Notes under the pieces: model-generated
The model's database searches: none
Told to the model about the DNA's origin: nothing
What the model saw: the letters and a program-made list of their open reading frames with translations, nothing else
Part shown: positions 12,401-25,224 of the stretch, one piece after another
How the letters are laid out: every line of letters begins with the position of its first letter
Numbering within the stretch: position 1 is the stretch's first letter
Assembly: GCA_001179505.1 (NCBI GenBank)
Contig: CDMY01000456.1
Coordinates: 309,129 to 373,128, forward strand
Source of the DNA: Vitrella brassicaformis CCMP3155
Lineage: Eukaryota > Protista > Chromerida
Direction of reading: 5' to 3'
Length of the DNA: 64,000 bases
Made by a program: the position numbers and the translations under genes

Positions 12401-13343
12401 CAGCGGCAATGTCATCGACTTCTATGACACGTATGGCGGCACCGTGGCAGAGGTGAGATACATAACTTACATGATTGCATATGGAGAGGGAGAGGGGAGA
12501 GGAGAGATCGATTGCTGTGTCATACGGTTGGCTCTATATGCGGTGTGTGTAGGTCGAGATCGATGTGTTGACGGGGGAGCACTCCGTCCGCGCTTTTCAT
12601 ATGTCTTACGACTGCGGAAAGTGAGCTCCTGGACACACACATACACACACACGCACACGCTGTCTCGACCGGTCTGTCTGTTGTGTGTGCAGGTCTATCA
12701 ACCCATTGGTCGACATTGGCCAAGCAGAAGGAGCGGCAATCATGGTGAGCTGACTGAGCCCCCAACCACACCACACGCATTGACAGAGAATGCATCCCAC
12801 CCCACCCCACCCATGTGTGTCTGTCTGTCTGTCTCTGTGTGGATCTCCGTCCGTCCATCTCTTGATCCATCCATCCATCCACAAGGGTCAGGGCTTCTGC
12901 ACGAGTGAGCAGGTCACATGGGACGCCACCGGGCGACTCATCAACGACGGCACCTGGATGTACAAACCACCACTCGCCCCAGACATGCCCACGTACACAA
13001 CACAACACAACACACCACACCACACACCCCAACACACATCTACTGATTCCTCTCTGTGCATATGTGTGTGTGAGTGCACTGCAGTGACTTCCGCGTCCAT
13101 CTGCTGGACAACAGTGCCTTCCCCGGCGGCTTCGCCAGCAGCAAAGCGACGGGCGAGCCGCCACTTCTCGGCAGCGTGTCGATCTTCCTGGCCATCCAGC
13201 AGGCCATCCGCAGCGCGAGATCTGACGCCGGTGAGGAAGGGTTCTTCACGCTGTCCACCCCCGCCACGTGTGCCAAGATACAGCAGTCGTGCGGCACCAA
13301 GATTGAGGATATGACCGTCGAGGCGGCCAAGAGAGGGGAGTGA
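7634..13343 (+). CDS. Molybdo-flavoenzyme of the xanthine oxidase family, aldehyde-oxidase type
   Basis: [2Fe-2S] motifs CGEGGCGAC, QCGYCTPG and NLCRCTGY; FAD domain (QLRNEGTVAGNL, FPSDI); Moco domain LGGGFGGKS, VRAPG, EMGQGLH and catalytic KATGEPPL. Exon phases were consistent where checked. Confidence 0.93.
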
Positions 13344-13896
13344 TCGATCAGCTGGACGGGCAGCGAGTTGCGAACTTTATTCGTTCGTGCAGCGTGCAGC
13401 GCGGTGAGGTGCACGGACACGTGTGTGTGTGTGTGTGTGTGTGTCCCTGCGCTCGATCTGAGTTGCCCCCGAATATGGGTCGGGTGACTGGAGGATCCAT
13501 AGGATACATTACATGGTCAGTCACAGACGGCCGCTTTGTGGCACGCATGCAGCACAACACAGCGTCTCCATGTAATGTCATCAGCTACACACAGACACAG
13601 ACAGAAAAAAGATCGTCGGCCAGGGATCGCACAACCACTGGCATCCGTGTGCATGAGATGAGTGTTTGGGTGTGTCCACGCGCTGCTGCACACGCGCATT
13701 CATCAATTTCGCAAACCCTACGCACAACTAGGGTTTAACTGAGCACCTCAGCCGCCGCCCCGCCCCCCTGCAATGGGGAAAAAGCCTCGCAGCGCAGCGA
13801 CAAGGAGCCAATTGGAAACCCACAAACCCACACGCACTGACTTCTGCTTCGCCCCACACCACACACACCACGCTCCCTCCCTCCCTCCGTCTGTCT

Positions 13897-15408
13897 TTAT
13901 GTGGCGGCATCATAGCGCCACTGTCTGAGCTCTCTGTACATCTTGAGGACAAACTGGCCCGCCGGTGTGGCCCGGCGGCTGAGCACCTGCTGCCTGTATG
14001 CCGGAGGCAGAAGCGGGTTGCCCAGGGAGACCCAGTGGTGCGACATCTCTGCAGTTAGTTGATATTATGGCACACCACACAAGAGACACAGACACAGAGG
14101 CACACGCACCCCTCTGTGGGTCATCATGTCTCGGGTGTATGTCTGACCCGCAACGCACCTGGCGGCAGAACCAGGGGAAACGCCGCGGGTGCGAAGGCGA
14201 TGTCTGCGCGCACACACACACACACACACACATCATCCACACCCACACAAACAATATTGTAAGGCAGACCAGCAGCCGACGGGCAGGTGGTCAGCGAGAA
14301 ACTGCCGGCCGTCAGCGAGCAGCGCCTCCACCTTGGCGAAGGCCTCGTCGACCGCCGCTCGATGTGGGACCTCCTTGGCCTTCAAGCTGCGGCACAGCTG
14401 ACCTAGGATGCCGTAGCTTGCTTGATGAACGGATGCACACAGACAGACAGACAGACAAACAGAGAGACACAGAGAGAGGGGTNNNNNNNNNNNNNNNNNN
14501 NNNNNNNNNNNNNNNNNNNNNNNNNNNNNNNNNNNNNNNNNNNNNNNNNNNNNNNNNNNNNNNNNNNNNNNNNNNNNNNNNNNNNNNNNNNNNNNNNNNN
14601 NNNNNNNNNNNNNNNNNNNNNNNNNNNNNNNNNNNNNNNNNNNNNNNNNNNNNNNNNNNNNNNNNNNNNNNNNNNNNNNNNNNNNNNNNNNNNNNNNNNN
14701 NNNNNNNNNNNNNNNNNNNNNNNNNNNNNNNNNNNNNNNNNNNNNNNNNNNNNNNNNNNNNNNNNNNNNNNNNNNNNNNNNNGGGGGGGTTGAGAGAGAC
14801 ATGTGTGTGTGCGTGTGGCCGTGTGGGTGTTTATGCGGACGTATGGCGAGCCACTTCCAGATGGATGTGACCTCTGTGTGCAGCGCCACACACAGGACGA
14901 GCAGGCGGCCGGAGGGGGCCGTGTCCAGCAGGCCGTAGCACAACCGCAAAGTTGTCGTCAAAATACGTCTCTGATGCACACACACACACACACCTACCTC
15001 TGTCTCTCTCTCTTTCTGTATATGTGTGTGTATGTGTGTGTGTGTGTGAGTGTGTGTGTACCTTACCTAGGTCAGTGGCCTCCTTGTTCGGGAATAGCCA
15101 TGACGCCTGCCTGCCGTGGTGCTCAGCCAGATATGTCAAGATGCCCGTGCTGTCCGGCACAGACGCCCCTACACACACACACACACGCACACACACATCC
15201 ACACCTCTGTCTCTCTTTGCCACACACACTCACACGAGAGCGACTATTCTGCCTGATGCACACCGTTGGCAGCCACCATATATGGCGCGGCGGCGTAGGT
15301 GCCGTGGCTGACGGCCGTGATGGCGGGCTTGAAGTTGCTGGTGCCGTATGCCGTCTCGCTGTAGGCCACCCCTGAGGCATCCAGTGCCCAACGCGCCTGT
15401 GTAGCATC

Positions 15409-15444
<36 letters not shown>

Positions 15445-15861
15445 TTCCTGTGTGTGTGTGTGTGTGTGGTGGCGTGCCTTGTCGCAGAAGTGGGAGTGGT
15501 TGAGGTGGTGCTTCCCATCGATGGGCTTTGGCGGCGACGTGACGCCAAACACCCTGGTCGTCACACAGACAGACAGACACCGACCCACAAAGCATTCACA
15601 TCCATCATCCTCCACAGCATAGGACAGCCCCTCCTGTGTGCCATTTCTTTCCTGAACTGACCATTTCAGCACGAGATTGTGCGCCTGCACGGCCCATCTG
15701 CCGCCCATCATGACCCAGAACCCAGTGAAGACGAGGCCGAAGCGCGTCACGCCATAGCCCCACAGAAGCTCCAGCCACCGAGCGATGAACATGACCCGCG
15801 GCGAGCTGATGAAGCCCGGCGGCTCGTGGTTGGGCTCGTCCGTGGGATCGGTCGGTCGCAT
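13897..15861 (-). pseudogene. Glutathione S-transferase-like gene with N-terminal hydrophobic extension; two apparent frameshifts (pseudogene or assembly error)
   Basis: SHFCDK/ARWALD, PDSTGILTYL, LETYFDDNF, LADGRQFL, AADIAFA and RATPAGQFVLKMYRE are GST_N3-type motifs. Frame switches occur near 14940 and 14282. A GC donor lies at 15477. An N gap lies in one intron. Confidence 0.65.
14483..14782. other. Assembly gap (300 N) in an intron, flanked by G runs
   Basis: Run of N. Confidence 1.
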
Positions 15862-16136
15862 TGTGCACTCACTGCGACCGCCTTGATTCTGCAATATAGT
15901 GTGATTCTGTGAGGATGCCCGAGCCTGATGCGGTGTGGTGGTGGTGGGCGGGGCAGTGGCGGGGTATTCCTCGCAATCAACCATGTGTGCCTGCCCTTCG
16001 GGCAGGCCTGTCCGTAAGGAGATCGGCAGCAGAGGCTCGCAGGAAGGCCACACACGCAGCCAGCAAGCGGGGTCCTCTTGACAGGGTTCGAAACCCTGAA
16101 GCCCCACAAACCCTTCGAGAGTGGAAGCGGGCTTTC

Positions 16137-16797
16137 ATGAGCTCCCGGCAGCATAAGCGGGGCGCTGGCAAGTCGCCTCCGAAGGAGGCTGGCCTTACAA
16201 AGAGGGCCCGCATGGACCGAGATGAGTCTGACGACGGCGAGTGTGGCGACGATGACGATGAGATGGCATCGGCCGAGGAGGCTGCAGCAGCATTAGATGA
16301 CCAGGTAGGGTACGCGTACGGCCGATACATCGATCGATCTATCCATGTGGCGGGCGGGTGTCATCAAATGCACTTGTGTGGGGCACTGTGGGCTCTGTTG
16401 GTTGGTTTATGTGTAGGAGTATGACGTGATCGAACCGATCTGTATGTTTCCGATGCACGGGGACGCGACGTGTGTCTTGAAAGAGAACACACACATGGAT
16501 GGATCGTCGTCCCCCTATCAGACACACAGATACACCCATGTGGCTTTACCCATCACTCAACCCGGGATTCCCCCCGGCCACCCACTGGCATGCACCATGT
16601 TGATCAACCAACCGAAAAATGCAGCTTCCGACGATATGGGTCACTCACGGCAACAACAGAGAAGCGCATTCCGTCTCCAATTCCTTCCCTTCATCAGCGA
16701 GGCACACACCATGTCACAGACACCCGACCAGTACCGACCAGCCATCGACCCGACCCATCTATCGGCAAGCCAGCGAGGCGACGAGCGACCAAGCTAA
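16137..16797 (+). CDS. Hypothetical protein with basic NLS-like and acidic N-terminus; 3' structure uncertain
   Basis: MSSRQHKRGAGKSPPKEAGLTKRARMDRDESDDGECGDDDDEM...DDQ followed by a GT donor; next exon EYDVIEPICMF... Confidence 0.45.
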
Positions 16798-17722
16798 GCT
16801 GTACAATCGACGAACCACGCACGGCAGATAGACACACAGAGAGAAATACACAGACACACACATGTACAGGTAAACTTCTATCTCATCACCCGCGGCTCCC
16901 CCTCATAAACAGACACACACACACACACACGGACACAGCAAGAATGCAGCGGGCACAAGTAAGTGCCGCCGCCCGTCTGTTCGTTCAGGCTGACAATCAC
17001 TCATCAGCAAGTGGATCAAAATTGGAATGAACGAACGAGCTATAAATTCATTGGCAAGAATCCCCTTCCTCCTTGTCCTCGCCGGCCTCCCTGTCAAAAC
17101 CAACTTAGCGGCCGGCGTATATAAAGTGATGAATGAGCCGCCGGCCGAGGCCACGCGGCCTCTGAACACACAGCCCAACACACGACATCACTCGGACCGA
17201 AACCCTCCCAGGATCGTGGGGGAAAAATCCGTTCCGACGCATCTCGTTTGTTGTTTGCAGTGAACACTTCCTATCGGAATGTCACTGCTGAGCGATCTCT
17301 CTCTCTCCCCATCTGGTTATTCCTCGTGTGCCCCCTACTACACGGAAATAATTTCCCCTTCCCCACACATGTGCTGGTTGGTGCTGCAGACGTTCAAATG
17401 TCCGCCGCGGTAGATAGATGTGCGTGTGTGCATATGTATCCTCCCGCCGTGTGCTACATCAATCGAAAAGCCACCGAGTGCTCCCTCCCTCCTTACTACC
17501 AAAGTGAGTGACGTGACTCCAGCCAGCCGTGTGTAGTGAGTGCACCCCACTCCCCAGACGTGGCCAAAATGACACATAACAACAAAACCCCATCCACACA
17601 GTCATTGTCTCTCCCTCTTTGCAGCAACCAGACACCACACCAGAAAAATCCCGCCACAATCATCGTGTCAAGACATCCATCACCCACACCACACCACACC
17701 AGACAGAATCACATCACCATCA

Positions 17723-20700
17723 TCAAAGCGGGGGGCCCGGGCCTGCCTGCATCCCATCCATCCCATGCACCCCCTCCATCCCCTGCATCTGCCCCTCCCA
17801 CCGAAACCCAAACGTCGTCATCCTCCGACCATCGTCCACACCGCCGCAATCGCCCTGGTGACCTGGCGCCATGCCGCTGATGGGGGGAGGGTAGGGGGAG
17901 TAGGGGGGCGGGGGCGATCGCGAGGCGTCCCGGTGATGCAGGAAGCCACAGTGGTCGTAGTGGGGGCGCAGCGGGGGCAGCCGGTGATGGTGCCTCTCTA
18001 TGTGTGGAGGGTATGGGGAGGGAGGGGGCGACACCATCATCATCTGCTGACCCCCATCACCTTCACCTTCATCCAGGCCACGCTCACACCCATCGGCAGG
18101 GCTGCCTTCAGCTGGCGAGCCCGGCGTCATCGGCCGCATGTGGGGAATCCCTCGGATGATCCACCGATCCCTCTCGCACACGGCCGCTGGGGCGAAGGGT
18201 GACAGCTGCTGCTGTGGAGCTGACGCTGCCGCCGGTGGTGGTGCTGGCGGTGGTGCTTCGGCGCGTCTCATCGCGTCTTGGTTGGAGAGAGGGGGGAGCA
18301 TATCGGAGGCGATGCTGAGGAAGGGCGAAGAGCGCGCGATTGACAGGGGGGTGTTGCGGGGGGTGTTCTCCAGTACGGGCGACTCGGGCAGAGAGTCCTT
18401 GTGTGGGTTGTGGAACAGGTGGTCCAGCGAGCCACAGGAGGGGGCGCGCCGCATCATGTAGGGGCCCCCTGCAGCAGCAACATCGCCAGCAACAAGAGCC
18501 CCAGCTGCTGCTGCAGCTGCAGCTGGCTCATCAATGTTGCCTGGAGGGAAGATCGCATACGAATCAGCGCATCCATCCATCCATTGCTGTAAAGGGTGCA
18601 GTTCAGTTCATGTGTCTGTCGTCTCTGTCTTTCTCACGTTCTGCGGACACGCGCGGCTTCTTGACAGCATGGGCCTTGTCGCCGGACGGCGCTGAGACCT
18701 CCGCCTCACCCCGATGGATGGGCTCTCGCTTCTTGTCTGACCACTTGCTGCCCACACCTTCATGGAACACACACACAGCCACACAGACAGGTCGTCGCCG
18801 TGTGTGGTGGGGGGTAAAGGGCTGGAGGGGCTTACTGCCGTATGTCATGAGCTCTCCCGCTGCCGGGTTGGTGCGCCTTTCACTTCTCAGCGGCAGCGCA
18901 CCCGTCTCGATGAAGGTCGCCAGCTCATCCGCCGTCCAGTGATGCCAGTGGCAGGACCCATAACACGCCCCTGCATACACCCACACACAAACGGATAGAG
19001 AGGTATGAGTTTGTGTGTGTGTGTGCATGATGCACACACCAGTGAGGCAATAGACGAGGCAGATATCGCCCGGGGCGAGACGATCCGCACCGCCCCTCCC
19101 CCAGTCGGCAGCTGGCGAGCCGTCGGTGTCCATCGGCTGGCTGGGATGCAGCAGCGTGCATGACGGCGGACATGGCTCGCCTGTTGCAGTCACACCCATA
19201 ACATAGACACACACGCCATTGGATGTCTCCACCCACTTCACTTGAGAGTGTCTGTGCTGCTCACGTGAGGAGAGTGCCTGCAGGCAGATCCGCTGCCCTC
19301 TGTATGTGTTGATGGGCAGCATGGGGGGCTCAAAGTTCACCGTCCCATCAACAATCCGCAGCAAATCCTGAACATAACACACGCCCATCCATCTGTGCGC
19401 CGCGCCCCACCGTCCTCCTTACGATGAGTGCCTTGGATGGCAGCTGTGACGGCTGCAGGCAGGCGTCGTGAAGCACGCGGGTGACCGTGGCAATGCCCGC
19501 CTGCGACGGGGGGCTCATGCCGTCAGGGGGCCTGAATACACGCCGGCAGACACACATATAATGAGCATATGATATGTGTGTAATGGGGTTGGCTGCGTAC
19601 GGACATGATGATTCGGTTGAGAATGCCTCGTTTGGGGTCCCAGTGCAGCTCGTAGATCTCCTCTAGCAGGTCGAAGTGGCGGTAGCGGTCGTACTTGCCG
19701 CCCATCACCCGCAGCAACGCACTGAATGAATGGAATGCATCCATCACACACGAACAGAGAAAGGGGTATCCATCCAGCAAGATTCACAGTGATTGGTTGT
19801 GGTTGTGGTTAAACGTACTCGAGTCGGCTGTAGTTGGGCTCCATGGAATAAGACAGCCCCTGCAGCTCCTCCAACCATGACAACTACACAGGCACACCAT
19901 ACCGACCGACACCAGATCGGATCCACACGGACACGGACGACCCGTATCGTATGCAGTGCATTCCATCTTGCTATCTATCTACCATTTTCGTCTCACCATT
20001 TCGCTGGGCAGCCACTCGAACATCCGCTCCACCTCGGGATGCACCAGAATGCGCGGCATCACACTCACGTCACCACCACTGGGAGGGGTATTGGTGTTGG
20101 CTGGCGCCCTGGTGGCTGCGTACGCCGACGCGTGCAGCGTGTGAGAGGGATCAGCTGGGTCGTCGGCTGTCGGCTGCTGCTGCTGCTGCTGCTGCTGCCG
20201 TTGGGGTGCTGATGCGCCGTCATACGTGCTGCCGCTGTGGTTGGCACCCGCGTGTGGCCACCCCGCCCCCGGCCCGTCTGATTGCTGTGGTGGCGGCGGG
20301 TGGTGTTGGGTGTGTGGGGGCTGGCGCTGATTGATGAGCTCTGTGGCGCTGGATATCAGCCTCTCCTTGGCCAGCTTGACCGCCTGACGGTCCTCCTGAT
20401 GACATCCCATGGGTCAGACACACAAGCCTCGGTGTCACTGACTGACCGATCGTGTGTGTGTGAGTCACATATATACTTTGTATTGCCTCCACGGGAGGTC
20501 TCCGACGAGCAGGTCGAGCAGGACGAAGAGCAGCGACCAGAGGTCGTCCTTGCGCCCCTGGTCCTGGTTGTTGTGCGCCGTCAGCGACGCGTAGGTCGTC
20601 GTTCCGCGGAAATCGGCATTCTCACGCTCACGCCGCACACTGGCACGCGCCACACACAGACACAGACACAGCGAGATTCTCTCTTGCGTATGAGGGTAGG

Positions 20701-21805
20701 GATGGGGGTCGATGTGATTTGCTTACACGCCGTGGTCCATGTGCCGTCTGGCCAGGCCGAAATCGACCAGGTACAGCTGGTCCCGACGGGCGCCGCGGCC
20801 GAGCACAAAGTTGGAGGGTTTGACGTCCCTGTGGGGTGTGGTGGGAGTGGGGGGAATGGAATGAACATGAAATACAAAGAAAGCATCACACCCAATAAAG
20901 AGACGCACAGGTCCAGTCAGTGGGAGTCGGCCCACACACCTGTGGAGGTAGCCCTTCTGGTGCACAGCCTGGATTACACGCAGCGCCTGGATCTGTCAGA
21001 CAGACGCGCAGAGAGAGAGGGGGGCAAGGAAGTGGGACTAGCGTCATGATTGAAGTGTTGTGGTGTGTGCGGACGTCACGTACCCCCAGCTGCGCCACGG
21101 TGGCGATTTGTATCCTGTGCACTCGTCTGCGGACATCGCTGATCGAATCACCCAACAACTCCATCACCATAAACGACTCATGCCTGCCCATGATGGATCA
21201 ATAAACACATAAATTTCATACACAAATACCGTTCAGCGCACCCAGGCGTCTGTCTGTCTGCCTGCTGGACTTCTCACGCACCATTGGCCGTAGTAGTACC
21301 CTCCATCGACAAACTTGTACCACTGACAGATGCCGGGCAGACCTGCACACAACAGAACAGACAAAACACACACACACACACACACGACCTGCATGATGCC
21401 GCCCGCCCGCCCGCCTTGCTCCTTGGCTGGCTCACCCTGGCAGTCTTTGAGTGTGCTGCTCTCCTGCTTGAGCACCCTCTTCTCCTTTATCGGCTTCTCG
21501 TACTTGATAGCCACAACTCTGCTGCCCTTCTTGGTGTCCACAGCCTGGTATATGGTGCCTACACACACGCACAAATCACAGACACACACAGACACACAGA
21601 CGAACACGCCTCTCATCATCTGTTGTGTGTCTGCCGTGCTTTGCTTTGCTTGGCATCGTGTAGCTAGCTCACTGAAGGTCCCTGATCCGATGATATGCGT
21701 GATGGCGTATCTCCCCCTGAAGAGGCCTCCGATGACAGGGCCCACGCTGGGTGGCGGGGAGGGCGGGTGGGCGGAGTCAGGGCTGCCGGGGGGAGCATCG
21801 TTCAT
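17723..21805 (-). CDS. Casein kinase 1 family, tau-tubulin-kinase-like protein kinase with long C-terminal extension
   Basis: IGSGTFS, VAIKYE, HRDVKPSN, VDFGLAR, FRGTTTYAS, GRKDDLWSL, DLPW and LSYSMEPNY. Downstream exons continue on the same strand into a CCCH-like motif and a Pro-rich tail. The exact stop is uncertain. Confidence 0.85.
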
Positions 21806-22071
21806 AGGCGGGTAAGCCGCCACAACTGCGACACCGAGTCACACGCCGCTGCTATCGGTGCAGCTGTACAGCACCGTCACTGCCAACCTGCGCCTCGAGT
21901 CCAATGCTGCCGTGCCCCTCTGTTCAGCTCGCGAGATTGGTTCTTTTGAGCTCGCAAGAAGGGCGGGAAAGAGGAGAAAAGGAGAGAGGAGAAAAGGAGA
22001 GCATAGATCACTCGAAGATCACGCAGCCGCCAGAGTCTGATTCATCGTGAAAGGAAGGAAGGCAATTAAGG

Positions 22072-25000
22072 ATGAGTCATCCGGTGGAGAGCGCCGACGA
22101 GAGCATCTGCCAGTTCGACGACAAGCAGATGGTCCAGGTGGGTGCAGATTGAATCGATGGCCATAAGGGATGGATGATCGAATGGAACAACTGCATTCTG
22201 CAATGAGTGCACTGACTGACTGACTGTGGTGTGGGTGTGTGTGTGCGTCTGCAGGACTTGGCAGACCAGATCCGGGCGAAGCTGGAGATCCGCGACCGCC
22301 GATACCACCTCACCACTTACACCAAATGGTAGGCACGGCGCGTCATTCACACTGGTGATGGACAACCCTTGTTTCTGTCTGTCTGCTGTCTGCTGGTTGG
22401 TGCAGTTTCCTGGGCAGCGACGCGGTCAAGTGGCTGATGGGCAACGGCCACGCAGAGACCGTCGAGGACGCGCTGCTCGTGGGGCAGCTGATGATGGACC
22501 AGGGGTAGGTGGGGGGGTTGCGTCACCTGACAGGACAGGACAGGACAGGACATCCCACACACGCGCTCTCACCCACCCTCCCTGGTTTCTGCCCTGCCTG
22601 CCTGCAGGATGTTCGCCCATGTCACCAGAGACCATTCCCTGAAAGACGAGTCGCTGTTTTATCGGTTTGCGCTGGACGAGCCGTCAAAGGGGGAGAAGGC
22701 CGTCAGCCGGGACGGGAAGGCCCTCACCTGGGCGCAGTTCCTCAACGGCATCCTGCCCGTCGACGTCAGGCCTCTCGACGGCAGCAAACAGACCGACCTA
22801 AAGGTGGGCGAGTGGCTGACGGGGTGGGGTAAGTGCGGATGCCCTATGTGTGTGTCTGGTGTATGTGTGTGTGTGGGTGTAGGTGGTGAGCCGTGATCCC
22901 AACATGCAAATGGCACCGAAGCACATCGGCGTGGCGCCCCTGGACGCCTATAACACGTCGCTACTCGACCATGTGCACCCGGCGGCGTGGCACGACCCTC
23001 TCCCCAAAGCCACATACAACCTGGTCGTCATGGGGGCAGGCACAGGTGACCCATCGCTCCATGCGCCACGATCCTCCCATCCGAGTGTGTGCGTGTTGTG
23101 TTGTCTGTCATTTGATAGGGGGCTTGGTCTCTGCCGCTGGTGCAGCGGGCGTGCAGGCCAAGGTCGCCCTGATTGAGGACCACTTGATGGGCGGCGACTG
23201 CCTGAATGTGGGCTGTGTGCCGTCGAAGGCGCTGATCAAGGCAGCGACCGTGGCGCACCATGCGCGAGAGGCCTACACGAAGGAGTACGGCGTGCACATC
23301 GACGGCAGTGTGCGCGTCGACCTTGGGGAGGTCATGCAGCGCATGAGAAGGTGGGTAGTGTGTTTATGTGTCTATGTCTCTGATTTCCTGTGACATGACC
23401 GCTCTCTCTCTCTCTCCCTCTCGCTCTCTCTCTGTGTGTGTGTGTTCCTAGGTTGCGGGCGTCCATCTCTCATCATGACAGCGCCGAGAGGTTCACCAAG
23501 GACCTGGGGGTCGATGTCTATATCGGCAAGGGCGTGTTCACCTCACCCAATACTATCACCGTCAACGGCAAGACACTCAGCTTCAGGCAAGGAGGACCCA
23601 CACACCACACAGCATGATACACTTATGTGTGTGTGTGTGTGTGTGTGTGTGCAGGAAGGCCGTCATAGCAACCGGCGGCAATGCGGCCGTGCCGCCCATC
23701 CCCGGCCTCGCCGACTCGCCTTACCTCACAAATGCCTCCCTCTTCAACCTCACCGATCTGCCCAAGCGGATTATCGTCATGGGAGCAGGCCCGATCGGCC
23801 TGGAGATGGCGCAGTCGTTTCGACGGTTCGGCAGCGAGGTGGTGGTGCTCAACAGAGGGGGAAAGGTGCTGCCCAAGGAAGACGCAGATGCCGCAGCCGT
23901 CGTGCAGAAGGCACTTGAGCGGTGAGTAGTGAACGGGGGAACTAAGGCACACACGCACACGTGACATGTGTTTGGTGTGCGTGTTGCCTGAGTGTGTTCA
24001 GCGACGGCCTGGTGATCAAGAACAGGGTCACTTTCGTCAAGGTGACGCACGAGCCACCGGCAGAGGGACAGCCATTCGGGAAGATAACAGTGCACATCGA
24101 ACGAGGCAAGGCGCGCACACACACACACACATACACAAACCACACACACACGCCCACCCTCTCCCCATCCCAAACAGATGGTGGCAGCGAGGTGATAGAG
24201 GGAGAGGCCCTGCTAGTGGCCACCGGCCGCAAACCCAATGTGCGCGGGATCGGCCTGGAGGCTGCTGGCGTCGAGTATGACGACCGGATGGGCGTCAAAG
24301 TCAACGATTACCTGCAGGTCAGCCCCACCACAAAACACACAACCAATCCATCTCTTCTCGCGCACTTAAAATCTTGATGGGCGGCTGTGTGTGCCGGTGT
24401 GTGGTGGTCAGACGAGCAACAAAAGCATATATGCCGTGGGCGATTGCTGCACCAAGTTCCACTTCACCCATGCCGCCGATTTCATGGCGCGGGCGGTCAT
24501 CCGCAACGCTCTCTTCTGGGGCAAAGCCAAGATGTCTGACCTGCTCATTCCATGGGTACCTGCACCAGCCTCCCACACCCCTCTCTGTGTGTGCATCGCT
24601 CTCTCTCTCTCTCTCTCTCCGTGTGTGTGTCTGTGTGCCAGTGCACCGTCACCGAGCCCGAGATTGCGCACGTTGGGCTGTACCCCCGCGACATGGAGTC
24701 GGGGGGCATCGCGTACCGGACCTTCACCAAGCCCTTCGCGGCCGTCGACAGGGCCATCCTCGAGGGGGACACAGAGGGATTCGTCAAGATACACACCAAG
24801 CAGGTGGGCAGGGACCCTGGATGTGCGTGGATGTGGGATTTGTTTGTTGGATGTGTGGTGTGTGGCGTGGTGGCGTGGTGGCGGGGGTGGTGTGTGCAGG
24901 GGTCGGACGAGATACTGGGTGCGACCATTGTTGGCCCCAATGCGGGAGACATGATATCGGAGATATCCGTCGCAATGGAAAGCAAAATGGTATGTACTAC

Positions 25001-25224
25001 TGGACGCCGTGTGTGTGTGCTGTCCGAGTGCATGAGACTCTCTCTCTCTGTGTGTGTGGTGTGTGTGTGTGTGTGTGTAGGGTTTAGGTGCGTTGGCGTC
25101 AGTGATCCATCCGTATCCCACCAAGGCCGAGGCGGTTCGGCAGTGCGGGGACCTATATAACAAGACCAGGCTGACCGTGTTTGTCAAGGGCGTTTTCAGG
25201 AAGCTCATGCAGCTGCAGAGATAG
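22072..25224 (+). CDS. DEP domain fused to a MerA/LPD-like pyridine nucleotide-disulfide oxidoreductase
   Basis: DEP: IRDRRYHLTTYTKCFLGSDAVKWL...GQLMMDQG...KDESLFYRF. Reductase: VMGAGTGG, GGDCLNVGCVPSK, GAGPIGLE, ATGRKPN, AVGD, IHPYPTKAE; stop at 25222-25224. Confidence 0.9.

Noticed and set aside
16073-16106. tRNA-like T-arm (CAGGG-TTCGAAA-CCCTG) / Pol III B-box
   Set aside because: No matching acceptor 5' strand, D-arm or anticodon arm at the proper spacing; it is an isolated hairpin in a promoter region.
22890-25224. True mercuric reductase (mer system)
   Set aside because: No C-terminal Cys-Cys pair, no HMA domain and no other mer genes; the gene is intron-containing and eukaryotic.
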